Source: Eledone cirrhosa (Eukaryota). Taken from it: a DNA stretch of 64,000 nt. The DNA lies in contig OZ024745.1 of the NCBI GenBank assembly GCA_964016885.1, positions 18,228,001 through 18,292,000 on the forward strand, given 5' to 3'. The notes below the pieces were generated by a model, which worked only from the letters and a program-made list of their open reading frames with translations, was not told where the DNA came from and ran no database searches. This document shows, one piece after another, positions 12,401 to 25,983 of this stretch; position 1 is the stretch's first letter, and the number at the start of each line of letters is the position of its first letter. The position numbers and the translations under genes are program-made.

Positions 12401-13644
12401 CCTAACACCATGGTGGTGTGTGTTGGCACACTGCTAGTTCGGCTAAGTACAATAACTTTCCCCTAGTACCATGGTGGTGTGTGTTGGCACACTGCTAGTT
12501 CGTCTAAGTGCAATAACCTTCCCCTAACACCATCGTGGTGTGTGTTGGCACACTGCTAGTTCGGCTAAGTGCAATAACATTCCCCTAGTACCATGTTGTT
12601 GTGTGTTGGCACACTGCTAGTTCGTCTGAGTGCAATAACCTTCCCCTAACACCATGGTGGTGTGTGTTGGCACACTGCTAGTTCGGCTAAGTGCAATAAC
12701 ATTCCCCTAGTACCATGTTGTGTGTTGGCACACTGCTAGTTCGTCTGAGTGCAATAACCTTCCCCTAACACCATGGTGGTGTGTGTTGGCACACTGCTAG
12801 TTCGGCTAAGTGCAATAACCTTCCCCTAACACCATGGTGGTGTGTGTTGGCACACTGCTAGTTCGGCTAAGTGCAATAACTTTCCCCTAGTACCATGGTG
12901 GTGTGTGTTGGCACACTGCTAGTTCGTCTAAGTGCAATAACCTTCCCCTAACACCATGGTGGTGTGTGTTGGCACACTGCTAGTTCGGCTAAGTGCAATA
13001 ACCTTCCCCTAACACCATGGTGGTGTGTGTCGGCACACTGCTAGTTCGGCTAAGTGCAATAACTTCCCCTAACACCATGGTGGTGTGTGTTGGCACACTG
13101 CTAGTTCGTCTAAGTGCAATAACCTTCCCCTAACACCATGGTGGCGTGTGTTGGCACACTGCTAGTTCGTCTAAGTGCAATAACCCTCCCCTAGTCCCAT
13201 GGTGGCGTGTGTTGGCACACTGCTAGTTCGTCTAAGTGCAATAACTTCCCCTAACACCATGGTGGTGTGTGTGGGCACACGGCTAGTTCGTCTAAGTGCA
13301 ATAACCTTCCCCTAACACCATGGTGGTGTGTGTTGGCACACTGCTAGTTCGTCTAAGTGCAATAACTTCCCCTAACACCATGGTGGTGTGTGTGGGCACA
13401 CGGCTAGTTCGTCTAAGTGCAATAACCTTCCCCTAACACCATGGTGGCGTGTGTTGGCACACTGCTAGTTCGTCTAAGTGCAATAACCCTCCCCTAGTCC
13501 CATGGTGGCGTGTGTTGGCACACTGCTAGTTCGTCTAAGTGCAATAACTTCCCCTAGTACCATGGTGGTGTGTGTTGGCACACTGCTAGTTCGTCTGAGT
13601 GCAATAACCTTCCCCTAACACCATGGTGGTGTGTGTTGGCACAC
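9498..13644. repeat. Tandem higher-order duplication, 2068-bp period (34 monomers): 9498-11579 repeated at 11566-13644
   Basis: The ACCATCGTGG variant is at 10461 and 12529, and the order of variant monomers is the same. The offset becomes 2065 after a 3-bp deletion near 12720. Confidence 0.9.
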
Positions 13645-16600
13645 GGCTAGTTCGTCTGAGTGCAATAACCTTCCCCTAGTACCATGGTGGTGTGTGTTGG
13701 CACACAGCTAGTTCGTCTGAGTGCAATAACCTTCCCCTAATACCATGGTGGTGTGTGTTGGCACACTGCTACTTCGTCTAAGTGCAATAACCTTCCCCTA
13801 ACACCATGGTGGTGTGTGTTGGCACACTGCTAGTTCGGCTAAGTGCAATAACCTTCCCCTAACACCATGGTGGTGTGTGTTGGCACACTGCTAGTTCGGC
13901 TATGTGCAATAAACTTCCCCTAACACCATGGTGGTGTGTGTTGGCACACTGCTAGTTCGGCTAAGTGCAATAACCTTCCCCTAACACCATGGTGGTGTGT
14001 GTTGGCACACTGCTAGTTCGTCTGAGTGCAATAACCTTCCCCTAACACCATGGTGGTGTGTGTTGGCACACTGCTAGTTCGGCTAAGTACAATAACTTTC
14101 CCCTAGTACCATGGTGGTGTGTGTTGGCACACTGCTAGTTCGGCTAAGTGCAATAACCTTCCCCTAACACCATGGTGGTGTGTGTTGGCACACTGCTAGT
14201 TCGGCTAAGTGCAATAACCTTCCCCTAACACCATGGTGGTGTGTGTTGGCACACTGCTAGTTCGGCTAAGTGCAATAACATTCCCCTAGTACCATGTTGT
14301 TGTGTGTTGGCACACTGCTAGTTCGTCTGAGTGCAATAACCTTCCCCTAACACCATGGTGGTGTGTGTTGGCACACTGCTAGTTCGGCTAAGTGCAATAA
14401 CCTTCCCCTAACACCATGGTGGTGTGTGTTGGCACACTGCTAGTTCGGCTAAGTGCAATAACCTTCCCCTAACACCATGGTGGTGTGTGTTGGCACACTG
14501 CTAGTTCGTCTGAGTACAATAACCTTCCCCTAACACCATGGTGGTGTGTGTTGGCACACTGCTAGTTCGGCTAAGTGCAATAACCTTCCCCTAACACCAT
14601 GGTGGTGTGTGTCGGCACACTGCTAGTTCGGCTAAGTGCAATAACTTCCCCTAACACCATGGTGGTGTGTGTTGGCACACTGCTAGTTCGTCTGAGTGCA
14701 ATAACCTTCCCCTAACACCATGGTGGTGTGTGTTGGCACACGGCTAGTTCGGCTAAGTGCAATAACTTTCCCCTAGTACCATGGTGGTGTGTGTTGGCAC
14801 ACTGCTAGTTCGTCTAAGTGCAATAACCTTCCCCTAACACCATGGTGGTGTGTGTTGGCACACTGCTAGTTCGGCTAAGTGCAATAACCTTCCCCTAACA
14901 CCATGGTGGTGTGTGTTGGCACACTGCTAGTTCGTCTAAGTGCAATAACCTTCCCCTAACACCATGGTGGTGTGTGTTGGCACACTGCTAGTTCGTCTAA
15001 GTGCAATAACCTTCCCCTAGTACCATGGTGGTGTGTGTTGGCACACTGCTAGTTCGTCTGAGTGCAATAACCTTCCCCTAACACCATGGTGGTGTGTGTT
15101 GGCACACTGCTAGTTCGTCTGAGTGCAATAACATTCCCCTAGTACCATGTTGTTGTGTGTTGGCACACTGCTAGTTCGTCTGAGTACAATAACTTTTCCC
15201 TAGTCCCATGGTGGCGTGTGTTGGCACACTGCTAGTTCGTCTGAGTGCAATAACCTTCGCCTAGCACCATGGTGGTGTGTGTTGGCACACTGCTAGTTCG
15301 TCTAAGTGCAATAACTTCCCCTAACACCATGGTGGTGTGTGTTGGCACACTGCTAGTTCGGCTAAGTGCAATAACCTTCCCCTAACACCATGGTGGTGTG
15401 TGTTGGCACATTGCTAGTTAGCCTAAGTGCAATAACTTCCCCTAACACCATGGTGGTGTGTGTTGGCACACTGCTAGTTCGTCTGAGTGCAATAACCTTC
15501 CCCTAACACCATGGTGGTGTGTGTTGGCACACTGCTAGTTCGGCTAAGTGCAATAACATTCCCCTAGTACCATGTTGTTGTGTGTTGGCACACTGCTAGT
15601 TCGTCTGAGTGCAATAACCTTCCCCTAACACCATGGTGGTGTGTGTTGGCACACTGCTAGTTCGGCTAAGTACAATAACTTTCCCCTAGTACCATGGTGG
15701 TGTGTGTTGGCACACTGCTAGTTCGTCTAAGTGCAATAACCTTCCCCTAACACCATGGTGGTGTGTGTTGGCACACTGCTAGTTCGGCTAAGTGCAATAA
15801 CATTCCCCTAGTACCATGTTGTTGTGTGTTGGCACACTGCTAGTTCGTCTGAGTGCAATAACCTTCCCCTAACACCATGGTGGTGTGTGTTGGCACACTG
15901 CTAGTTCGGCTAAGTGCAATAACCTTCCCCTAACACCATGGTGGTGTGTGTTGGCACACTGCTAGTTCGGCTAAGTACAATAACTTTCCCCTAGTACCAT
16001 GGTGGTGTGTGTTGGCACACTGCTAGTTCGTCTAAGTGCAATAACCTTCCCCTAACACCATGGTGGTGTGTGTTGGCACACTGCTAGTTCGGCTAAGTGC
16101 AATAACATTCCCCTAGTACCATGTTGTTGTGTGTTGGCACACTGCTAGTTCGTCTGAGTGCAATAACCTTCCCCTAACACCATGGTGGTGTGTGTTGGCA
16201 CACTGCTAGTTCGGCTAAGTGCAATAACCTTCCCCTAACACCATGGTGGTGTGTGTTGGCACACTGCTAGTTCGGCTAAGTGCAATAACCTTCCCCTAGC
16301 ACCATGGTGGTGTGTGTTGGCACACTGCTAGTTCGTCTGAGTACAATAACCTTCCCCTAACACCATGGTGGTGTGTGTTGGCACACTGCTAGTTCGGCTA
16401 AGTGCAATAACCTTCCCCTAGCACCATGGTGGTGTGTGTTGGCACACTGCTAGTTCGGCTAAGTGCAATAACCTTCCCCTAACACCATGGTGGTGTGTGT
16501 TGGCACACTGCTAGTTCGGCTAAGTGCAATAACCTTCCCCTAGCACCATGGTGGTGTGTGTTGGCACACTGCTAGTTCGGCTAAGTGCAATAACCTTCCC

Positions 16601-19600
16601 CTAACACCATGGTGGTGTGTGTCGGCACACTGCTAGTTCGTCTGAGTGCAATAACCTTCCCCTAACACCATGGTGGTGTGTGTTGGCACACTGCTAGTTC
16701 GGCTAAGTACAATAACTTTCCCCTAGTACCATGGTGGTGTGTGTTGGCACACTGCTAGTTCGTCTAAGTGCAATAACCTTCCCCTAACACCATGGTGGTG
16801 TGTGTTGGCACACTGCTAGTTCGTCTAAGTGCAATAACCCTCCCCTAGTCCCATGGTGGCGTGTGTTGGCACACTGCTAGTTCGTCTAAGTGCAATAACT
16901 TCCCCTAACACCATGGTGGTGTGTGTTGGCACACTGCTAGTTCGGCTAAGTGCAATAACATTCCCCTAGTACCATGTTGTTGTGTGTTGGCACACTGCTA
17001 GTTCGTCTGAGTGCAATAACCTTCCCCTAACACCATGGTGGTGTGTGTTGGCACACTGCTAGTTCGGCTAAGTGCAATAACCTTCCCCTAACACCATGGT
17101 GGTGTGTGTTGGCACACTGCTAGTTCGGCTAAGTACAATAACTTTCCCCTAGTACCATGGTGGTGTGTGTTGGCACACTGCTAGTTCGTCTAAGTGCAAT
17201 AACCTTCCCCTAACACCATCGTGGTGTGTGTTGGCACACTGCTAGTTCGGCTAAGTGCAATAACATTCCCCTAGTACCATGTTGTTGTGTGTTGGCACAC
17301 TGCTAGTTCGTCTGAGTGCAATAACCTTCCCCTAACACCATGGTGGTGTGTGTTGGCACACTGCTAGTTCGGCTAAGTGCAATAACATTCCCCTAGTACC
17401 ATGTTGTTGTGTGTTGGCACACTGCTAGTTCGTCTGAGTGCAATAACCTTCCCCTAACACCATGGTGGTGTGTGTTGGCACACTGCTAGTTCGGCTAAGT
17501 GCAATAACCTTCCCCTAACACCATGGTGGTGTGTGTTGGCACACTGCTAGTTCGGCTAAGTGCAATAACTTTCCCCTAGTACCATGGTGGTGTGTGTTGG
17601 CACACTGCTAGTTCGTCTAAGTGCAATAACCTTCCCCTAACACCATGGTGGTGTGTGTTGGCACACTGCTAGTTCGGCTAAGTGCAATAACCTTCCCCTA
17701 ACACCATGGTGGTGTGTGTCGGCACACTGCTAGTTCGGCTAAGTGCAATAACTTCCCCTAACACCATGGTGGTGTGTGTTGGCACACTGCTAGTTCGTCT
17801 AAGTGCAATAACCTTCCCCTAACACCATGGTGGCGTGTGTTGGCACACTGCTAGTTCGTCTAAGTGCAATAACCCTCCCCTAGTCCCATGGTGGCGTGTG
17901 TTGGCACACTGCTAGTTCGTCTAAGTGCAATAACTTCCCCTAACACCATGGTGGTGTGTGTGGGCACACGGCTAGTTCGTCTAAGTGCAATAACCTTCCC
18001 CTAACACCATGGTGGTGTGTGTTGGCACACTGCTAGTTCGTCTAAGTGCAATAACTTCCCCTAACACCATGGTGGTGTGTGTGGGCACACGGCTAGTTCG
18101 TCTAAGTGCAATAACCTTCCCCTAACACCATGGTGGCGTGTGTTGGCACACTGCTAGTTCGTCTAAGTGCAATAACCCTCCCCTAGTCCCATGGTGGCGT
18201 GTGTTGGCACACTGCTAGTTCGTCTAAGTGCAATAACCTTCCCCTAACACCATGGTGGTGTGTGTTGGCACACTGCTAGTTCGTCTGAGTGCAATAACCT
18301 TCCCCTAACACCATGGTGGTGTGTGTTGGCACACGGCTAGTTCGTCTGAGTGCAATAACCTTCCCCTAGTACCATGGTGGTGTGTGTTGGCACACAGCTA
18401 GTTCGTCTGAGTGCAATAACCTTCCCCTAATACCATGGTGGTGTGTGTTGGCACACTGCTACTTCGTCTAAGTGCAATAACCTTCCCCTAACACCATGGT
18501 GGTGTGTGTTGGCACACTGCTAGTTCGGCTAAGTGCAATAACCTTCCCCTAACACCATGGTGGTGTGTGTTGGCACACTGCTAGTTCGGCTATGTGCAAT
18601 AAACTTCCCCTAACACCATGGTGGTGTGTGTTGGCACACTGCTAGTTCGGCTAAGTGCAATAACCTTCCCCTAACACCATGGTGGTGAGTGTTGGCACAC
18701 TGCTAGTTCGTCTGAGTGCAATAACCTTCCCCTAACACCATGGTGGTGTGTGTTGGCACACTGCTAGTTCGGCTAAGTGCAATAACCTTCCCCTAACACC
18801 ATGGTGGTGTGTGTTGGCACACTGCTAGTTAGCCTAAGTGCAATAACTTCCCCTAACACCATGGTGGTGTGTGTTGGCACACTGCTAGTTCGTCTGAGTG
18901 CAATAACCTTCCCCTAACACCATGGTGGTGTGTGTTGGCACACTGCTAGTTCGGCTAAGTACAATAACTTTCCCCTAGTACCATGGTGGTGTGTGTTGGC
19001 ACACTGCTAGTTCGGCTAAGTGCAATAACCTTCCCCTAACACCATGGTGGTGTGTGTTGGCACACTGCTAGTTCGGCTAAGTGCAATAACCTTCCCCTAA
19101 CACCATGGTGGTGTGTGTTGGCACACTGCTAGTTCGGCTAAGTGCAATAACATTCCCCTAGTACCATGTTGTTGTGTGTTGGCACACTGCTAGTTCGTCT
19201 GAGTGCAATAACCTTCCCCTAACACCATGGTGGTGTGTGTTGGCACACTGCTAGTTCGGCTAAGTGCAATAACCTTCCCCTAACACCATGGTGGTGTGTG
19301 TTGGCACACTGCTAGTTCGGCTAAGTGCAATAACCTTCCCCTAACACCATGGTGGTGTGTGTTGGCACACTGCTAGTTCGTCTGAGTACAATAACCTTCC
19401 CCTAACACCATGGTGGTGTGTGTTGGCACACTGCTAGTTCGGCTAAGTGCAATAACCTTCCCCTAACACCATGGTGGTGTGTGTTGGCACACTGCTAGTT
19501 CGTCTGAGTGCAATAACCTTCCCCTAACACCATGGTGGTGTGTGTTGGCACACGGCTAGTTCGGCTAAGTGCAATAACTTTCCCCTAGTACCATGGTGGT

Positions 19601-21452
19601 GTGTGTTGGCACACTGCTAGTTCGTCTAAGTGCAATAACCTTCCCCTAACACCATGGTGGTGTGTGTTGGCACACTGCTAGTTCGGCTAAGTGCAATAAC
19701 CTTCCCCTAACACCATGGTGGTGTGTGTTGGCACACTGCTAGTTCGTCTAAGTGCAATAACCTTCCCCTAACACCATGGTGGTGTGTGTTGGCACACTGC
19801 TAGTTCGTCTAAGTGCAATAACCTTCCCCTAGTACCATGGTGGTGTGTGTTGGCACACTGCTAGTTCGTCTGAGTGCAATAACCTTCCCCTAACACCATG
19901 GTGGTGTGTGTTGGCACACTGCTAGTTCGTCTGAGTGCAATAACATTCCCCTAGTACCATGTTGTTGTGTGTTGGCACACTGCTAGTTCGTCTGAGTACA
20001 ATAACTTTTCCCTAGTCCCATGGTGGCGTGTGTTGGCACACTGCTAGTTCGTCTGAGTGCAATAACCTTCGCCTAGCACCATGGTGGTGTGTGTTGGCAC
20101 ACTGCTAGTTCGTCTAAGTGCAATAACTTCCCCTAACACCATGGTGGTGTGTGTTGGCACACTGCTAGTTCGGCTAAGTGCAATAACCTTCCCCTAACAC
20201 CATGGTGGTGTGTGTTGGCACATTGCTAGTTAGCCTAAGTGCAATAACTTCCCCTAACACCATGGTGGTGTGTGTTGGCACACTGCTAGTTCGTCTGAGT
20301 GCAATAACCTTCCCCTAACACCATGGTGGTGTGTGTTGGCACACTGCTAGTTCGGCTAAGTGCAATAACATTCCCCTAGTACCATGTTGTTGTGTGTTGG
20401 CACACTGCTAGTTCGTCTGAGTGCAATAACCTTCCCCTAACACCATGGTGGTGTGTGTTGGCACACTGCTAGTTCGGCTAAGTACAATAACTTTCCCCTA
20501 GTACCATGGTGGTGTGTGTTGGCACACTGCTAGTTCGTCTAAGTGCAATAACCTTCCCCTAACACCATGGTGGTGTGTGTTGGCACACTGCTAGTTCGGC
20601 TAAGTGCAATAACATTCCCCTAGTACCATGTTGTTGTGTGTTGGCACACTGCTAGTTCGTCTGAGTGCAATAACCTTCCCCTAACACCATGGTGGTGTGT
20701 GTTGGCACACTGCTAGTTCGGCTAAGTGCAATAACCTTCCCCTAACACCATGGTGGTGTGTGTTGGCACACTGCTAGTTCGGCTAAGTACAATAACTTTC
20801 CCCTAGTACCATGGTGGTGTGTGTTGGCACACTGCTAGTTCGTCTAAGTGCAATAACCTTCCCCTAACACCATGGTGGTGTGTGTTGGCACACTGCTAGT
20901 TCGGCTAAGTGCAATAACATTCCCCTAGTACCATGTTGTTGTGTGTTGGCACACTGCTAGTTCGTCTGAGTGCAATAACCTTCCCCTAACACCATGGTGG
21001 TGTGTGTTGGCACACTGCTAGTTCGGCTAAGTGCAATAACCTTCCCCTAACACCATGGTGGTGTGTGTTGGCACACTGCTAGTTCGGCTAAGTGCAATAA
21101 CCTTCCCCTAGCACCATGGTGGTGTGTGTTGGCACACTGCTAGTTCGTCTGAGTACAATAACCTTCCCCTAACACCATGGTGGTGTGTGTTGGCACACTG
21201 CTAGTTCGGCTAAGTGCAATAACCTTCCCCTAGCACCATGGTGGTGTGTGTTGGCACACTGCTAGTTCGGCTAAGTGCAATAACCTTCCCCTAACACCAT
21301 GGTGGTGTGTGTTGGCACACTGCTAGTTCGGCTAAGTGCAATAACCTTCCCCTAGCACCATGGTGGTGTGTGTTGGCACACTGCTAGTTCGGCTAAGTGC
21401 AATAACCTTCCCCTAACACCATGGTGGTGTGTGTCGGCACACTGCTAGTTCG
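12214..21452. repeat. Higher-order duplication, about 4.7-4.9 kb offset: ~12214-16640 repeated at ~16900-21452 with whole-monomer indels
   Basis: ACCATCG at 12529/17215 (+4686), GGCTAAGTAC at 14081/18953 (+4872), TTGCTAGTTAGCC at 15411/20223 (+4812), and the TAGC cluster at 16299/21111 (+4812). Confidence 0.85.
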
Positions 21453-24400
21453 GCTAAGTGCAATAACTTCCCCTAACACCATGGTGGTGTGTGTTGGCAC
21501 ACTGCTAGTTCGTCTAAGTGCAATAACCTTCCCCTAACACCATGGTGGTGTGTGTTGGCACACTGCTAGTTCGTCTAAGTACAATAACCCTCCCCTAGTC
21601 CCATGGTGGCGTGTGTTGGCACACTGCTAGTTCGTCTAAGTGCAATAACTTCCCCTAACACCATGGTGGTGTGTGTGGGCACACGGCTAGTTCGTCTAAG
21701 TGCAATAACCTTCCCCTAGTACCATGGTGGTGTGTGTTGGCACACGGCTAGTTCGTCTGAGTGCAATAACCTTCCCCTAGTACCATGGTGGTGTGTGTTG
21801 GCACACAGCTAGTTCGTCTGAGTGCAATAACCTTCCCCTAATACCATGGTGGTGTGTGTTGGCACACTGCTACTTCGTCTAAGTGCAATAACCTTCCCCT
21901 AACACCATGGTGGTGTGTGTTGGCACACTGCTAGTTCGGCTATGTGCAATAAACTTCCCCTAACACCATGGTGGTGTGTGTTGGCACACTGCTAGTTCGG
22001 CTAAGTGCAATAACCTTCCCCTAACACCATGGTGGTGTGTGTTGGCACACTGCTAGTTCGTCTGAGTGCAATAACCTTCCCCTAACACCATGGTGGTGTG
22101 TGTTGGCACACTGCTAGTTCGGCTAAGTGCAATAACCTTCCCCTAACACCATGGTGGTGTGTGTTGGCACACTGCTAGTTAGCCTAAGTGCAATAACTTC
22201 CCCTAACACCATGGTGGTGTGTGTTGGCACACTGCTAGTTCGTCTGAGTGCAATAACCTTCCCCTAACACCATGGTGGTGTGTGTTGGCACACTGCTAGT
22301 TCGGCTAAGTACAATAACTTTCCCCTAGTACCATGGTGGTGTGTGTTGGCACACTGCTAGTTCGGCTAAGTGCAATAACCTTCCCCTAACACCATGGTGG
22401 TGTGTGTTGGCACACTGCTAGTTCGGCTAAGTGCAATAACCTTCCCCTAACACCATGGTGGTGTGTGTTGGCACACTGCTAGTTCGGCTAAGTACAATAA
22501 CTTTCCTCTAGTACCATGGTGGTGTGTGTTGGCACACTGCTAGTTCGTCTAAGTGCAATAACCTTCCCCTAACACCATGGTGGTGTGTGTTGGCACACTG
22601 CTAGTTCGGCTAAGTGCAATAACATTCCCCTAGTACCATGTTGTTGTGTGTTGGCACACTGCTAGTTCGTCTGAGTGCAATAACCTTCCCCTAACACCAT
22701 GGTGGTGTGTGTTGGCACACTGCTAGTTCGGCTAAGTGCAATAACCTTCCCCTAACACCATGGTGGTGTGTGTTGGCACACTGCTAGTTCGGCTAAGTGC
22801 AATAACCTTCCCCTAACACCATGGTGGTGTGTGTTGGCACACTGCTAGTTCGTCTGAGTACAATAACCTTCCCCTAACACCATGGTGGTGTGTGTTGGCA
22901 CACTGCTAGTTCGGCTAAGTGCAATAACCTTCCCCTAACACCATGGTGGTGTGTGTCGGCACACTGCTAGTTCGGCTAAGTGCAATAACTTCCCCTAACA
23001 CCATGGTGGTGTGTGTTGGCACACTGCTAGTTCGTCTGAGTGCAATAACCTTCCCCTAACACCATGGTGGTGTGTGTTGGCACACGGCTAGTTCGGCTAA
23101 GTGCAATAACTTTCCCCTAGTACCATGGTGGTGTGTGTTGGCACACTGCTAGTTCGTCTAAGTGCAATAACCTTCCCCTAACACCATGGTGGTGTGTGTT
23201 GGCACACTGCTAGTTCGGCTAAGTGCAATAACCTTCCCCTAACACCATGGTGGTGTGTGTTGGCACACTGCTAGTTCGTCTAAGTGCAATAACCTTCCCC
23301 TAACACCATGGTGGTGTGTGTTGGCACACTGCTAGTTCGTCTAAGTGCAATAACCTTCCCCTAGTACCATGGTGGTGTGTGTTGGCACACTGCTAGTTCG
23401 TCTGAGTGCAATAACCTTCCCCTAACACCATGGTGGTGTGTGTTGGCACACTGCTAGTTCGTCTGAGTGCAATAACATTCCCCTAGTACCATGTTGTTGT
23501 GTGTTGGCACACTGCTAGTTCGTCTGAGTACAATAACTTTTCCCTAGTCCCATGGTGGCGTGTGTTGGCACACTGCTAGTTCGTCTGAGTGCAATAACCT
23601 TCGCCTAGCACCATGGTGGTGTGTGTTGGCACACTGCTAGTTCGTCTAAGTGCAATAACTTCCCCTAACACCATGGTGGTGTGTGTTGGCACACTGCTAG
23701 TTCGGCTAAGTGCAATAACCTTCCCCTAACACCATGGTGGTGTGTGTTGGCACACTGCTAGTTCGTCTAAGTGCAATAACCTTCCCCTAACACCATGGTG
23801 GTGTGTGTTGGCACACTGCTAGTTCGTCTAAGTGCAATAACCTTCCCCTAGTACCATGGTGGTGTGTGTTGGCACACTGCTAGTTCGTCTAAGTGCAATA
23901 ACCTTCCCCTAGAACCATGTTGGTGTGTGTTGGCACACTGCTAGTTCGTCTAAGTGCAATAACCTTCCCCTAGCACCATGGTGGTGTGTGTTGGCACACT
24001 GCTACTTCGTCTGAGTACAATAACTTTTCCATAGTCCCATGGTGGCGTGTGTTGGCACACTGCTAGTTCATCTAAGTGCAATAACCTTCGCCTAGCACCA
24101 TGGTGGTGTGTGTTGGCACACTGCTAGTTCGTCTAAGTGCAATAACTTCCCCTAATACCATGGTGGTGTGTGTTGGCACACTGCTAGTTCGTCAAAGTGC
24201 AATAACCTTCCCCTAACACCATGGTGGTGTGTGTTGGCACACTGCTAGTTCGTCTAAGTGCAATAACCTTCCCCTAACACCATGGTGGTGTGTGTGGGCA
24301 CACTTCTAGTTCGTCTAAGTGCAATAACTTCCCCTAATACCATGGTGGTGTATGTTGGCACACGGCTAGTTCGTCTGAGTGCAATAACCTTCGCCTAGCA

Positions 24401-25434
24401 CCATGGTGGTGTGTGTTGGCATACTGCTAGTTCGTCTAAGTGCAATAACCTTCGCCTAGCACCATGGTGGTGTGTGTTGGCACACTGCTAGTTCGTCTGA
24501 GTGCAATAACCTTCCCCTAACACCATGGTGGTGTGTGTTGGCACAGGGCTAGTTCGTCTGAGTGCAATAACCTTCCCCTAACACCATGTTGGTGTGTGTT
24601 GGCACACTGCTAGTTCGTCTGAGTGCAATAACCTTCCCCTAGTACCATGGTGGTGTGTGTGGGCACACTTCTAGTTCGTCTAAGTGCAATAACTTCCCCT
24701 AACACCATGGTGGTGTGTGTGGGCACACTTCTAGCTCGTCTAAGTGCAATAACTTCCCCTAGTACCATGGTGGTGTGTTTTGGCACACTGCTAGTTCGTC
24801 TAAGTGCAATAACCTTCCCCTAACACCATGGTGGTGTGTGTGGGCACACTGCTAGTTCGGCTAAGTGCAATAACCTTCCCCTAACACCATGCTGGTGTGT
24901 GTTGGCACACTGCTAGTTCGTCTAAGTGCAATAACCTTCCCCTAACACCATGGTGGCGTGTGTTGGCACACTGCTAGTTCGTCTAAGTGCAATAACCCTC
25001 CCCTAGTCCCATGGTGGCGTGTGTTGGCACACTGCTAGTTCGTCTAAGTGCAATAACTTCCCCTAACACCATGGTGGTGTGTGTGGGCACACGGCTAGTT
25101 CGTCTAAGTGCAATAACCTTCCCCTAGTACCATGGTGGTGTGTGTTGGCACACGGCTAGTTCGTCTGAGTGCAATAACCTTCCCCTAGTACCATGGTGGT
25201 GTGTGTTGGCACACATCTAGTTCGTCTGAGTGCAATAACCTTCCCCTAATACCATGGTGGTGTGTGTTGGCACACTGCTACTTCGTCTAAGTGCAATAAC
25301 CTTCCCCTAACACCATGATGGTGTGTGTTGGCACACTGCTAGTTCGGCTAAGTGCAATAACCTTCCCCTAACACCATGGTGGTGTGTGTTGGCACACTGC
25401 TAGTTCGGCTATGTGCAATAAACTTCCCCTAACA

Positions 25435-25983
25435 CCATGGTGGTGTGTGTTGGCACACTGCTAGTTCGGCTAAGTGCAATAACCTTCCCCTAACACCATG
25501 GTGGTGTGTGTTGGCACACTGCTAGTTCGTCTGAGTGCAATAACCTTCCCCTAACACCATGGTGGTGTGTGTTGGCACACTGCTAGTTCGGCTAAGTGCA
25601 ATAACCTTCCCCTAACACCATGGTGGTGTGTGTTGGCACACTGCTAGTTCGGCTAAGTGCAATAACCTTCCCCTAACACCATGGTGGTGTGTGTTGGCAC
25701 ACTGCTAGTTCGTCTGAGTGCAATAACCTTCCCCTAACACCATGGTGGTGTGTGTTGGCACACTGCTAGTTCGGCTAAGTGCAATAACCTTCCCCTAACA
25801 CCATGGTGGTGTGTGTTGGCACACTGCTAGTTCGGCTAAGTGCAATAACCTTCCCCTAACACCATGGTGGTGTGTGTTGGCACACTGCTAGTTCGTCTGA
25901 GTGCAATAACCTTCCCCTAACACCATGGTGGTGTGTGTTGGCACACTGCTAATTCGGCTAAGTGCAATAACCTTCCCCTAACA
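25435..25983. repeat. Local 183-bp trimer x3
   Basis: Nine monomers follow the order (CGGCTAAG, CGTCTGAG, CGGCTAAG) x3. Elsewhere only one such trimer lies between the TATGTGCAATAAAC monomer and the TTAGCC monomer (e.g. ~2600-2830). Confidence 0.8.
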
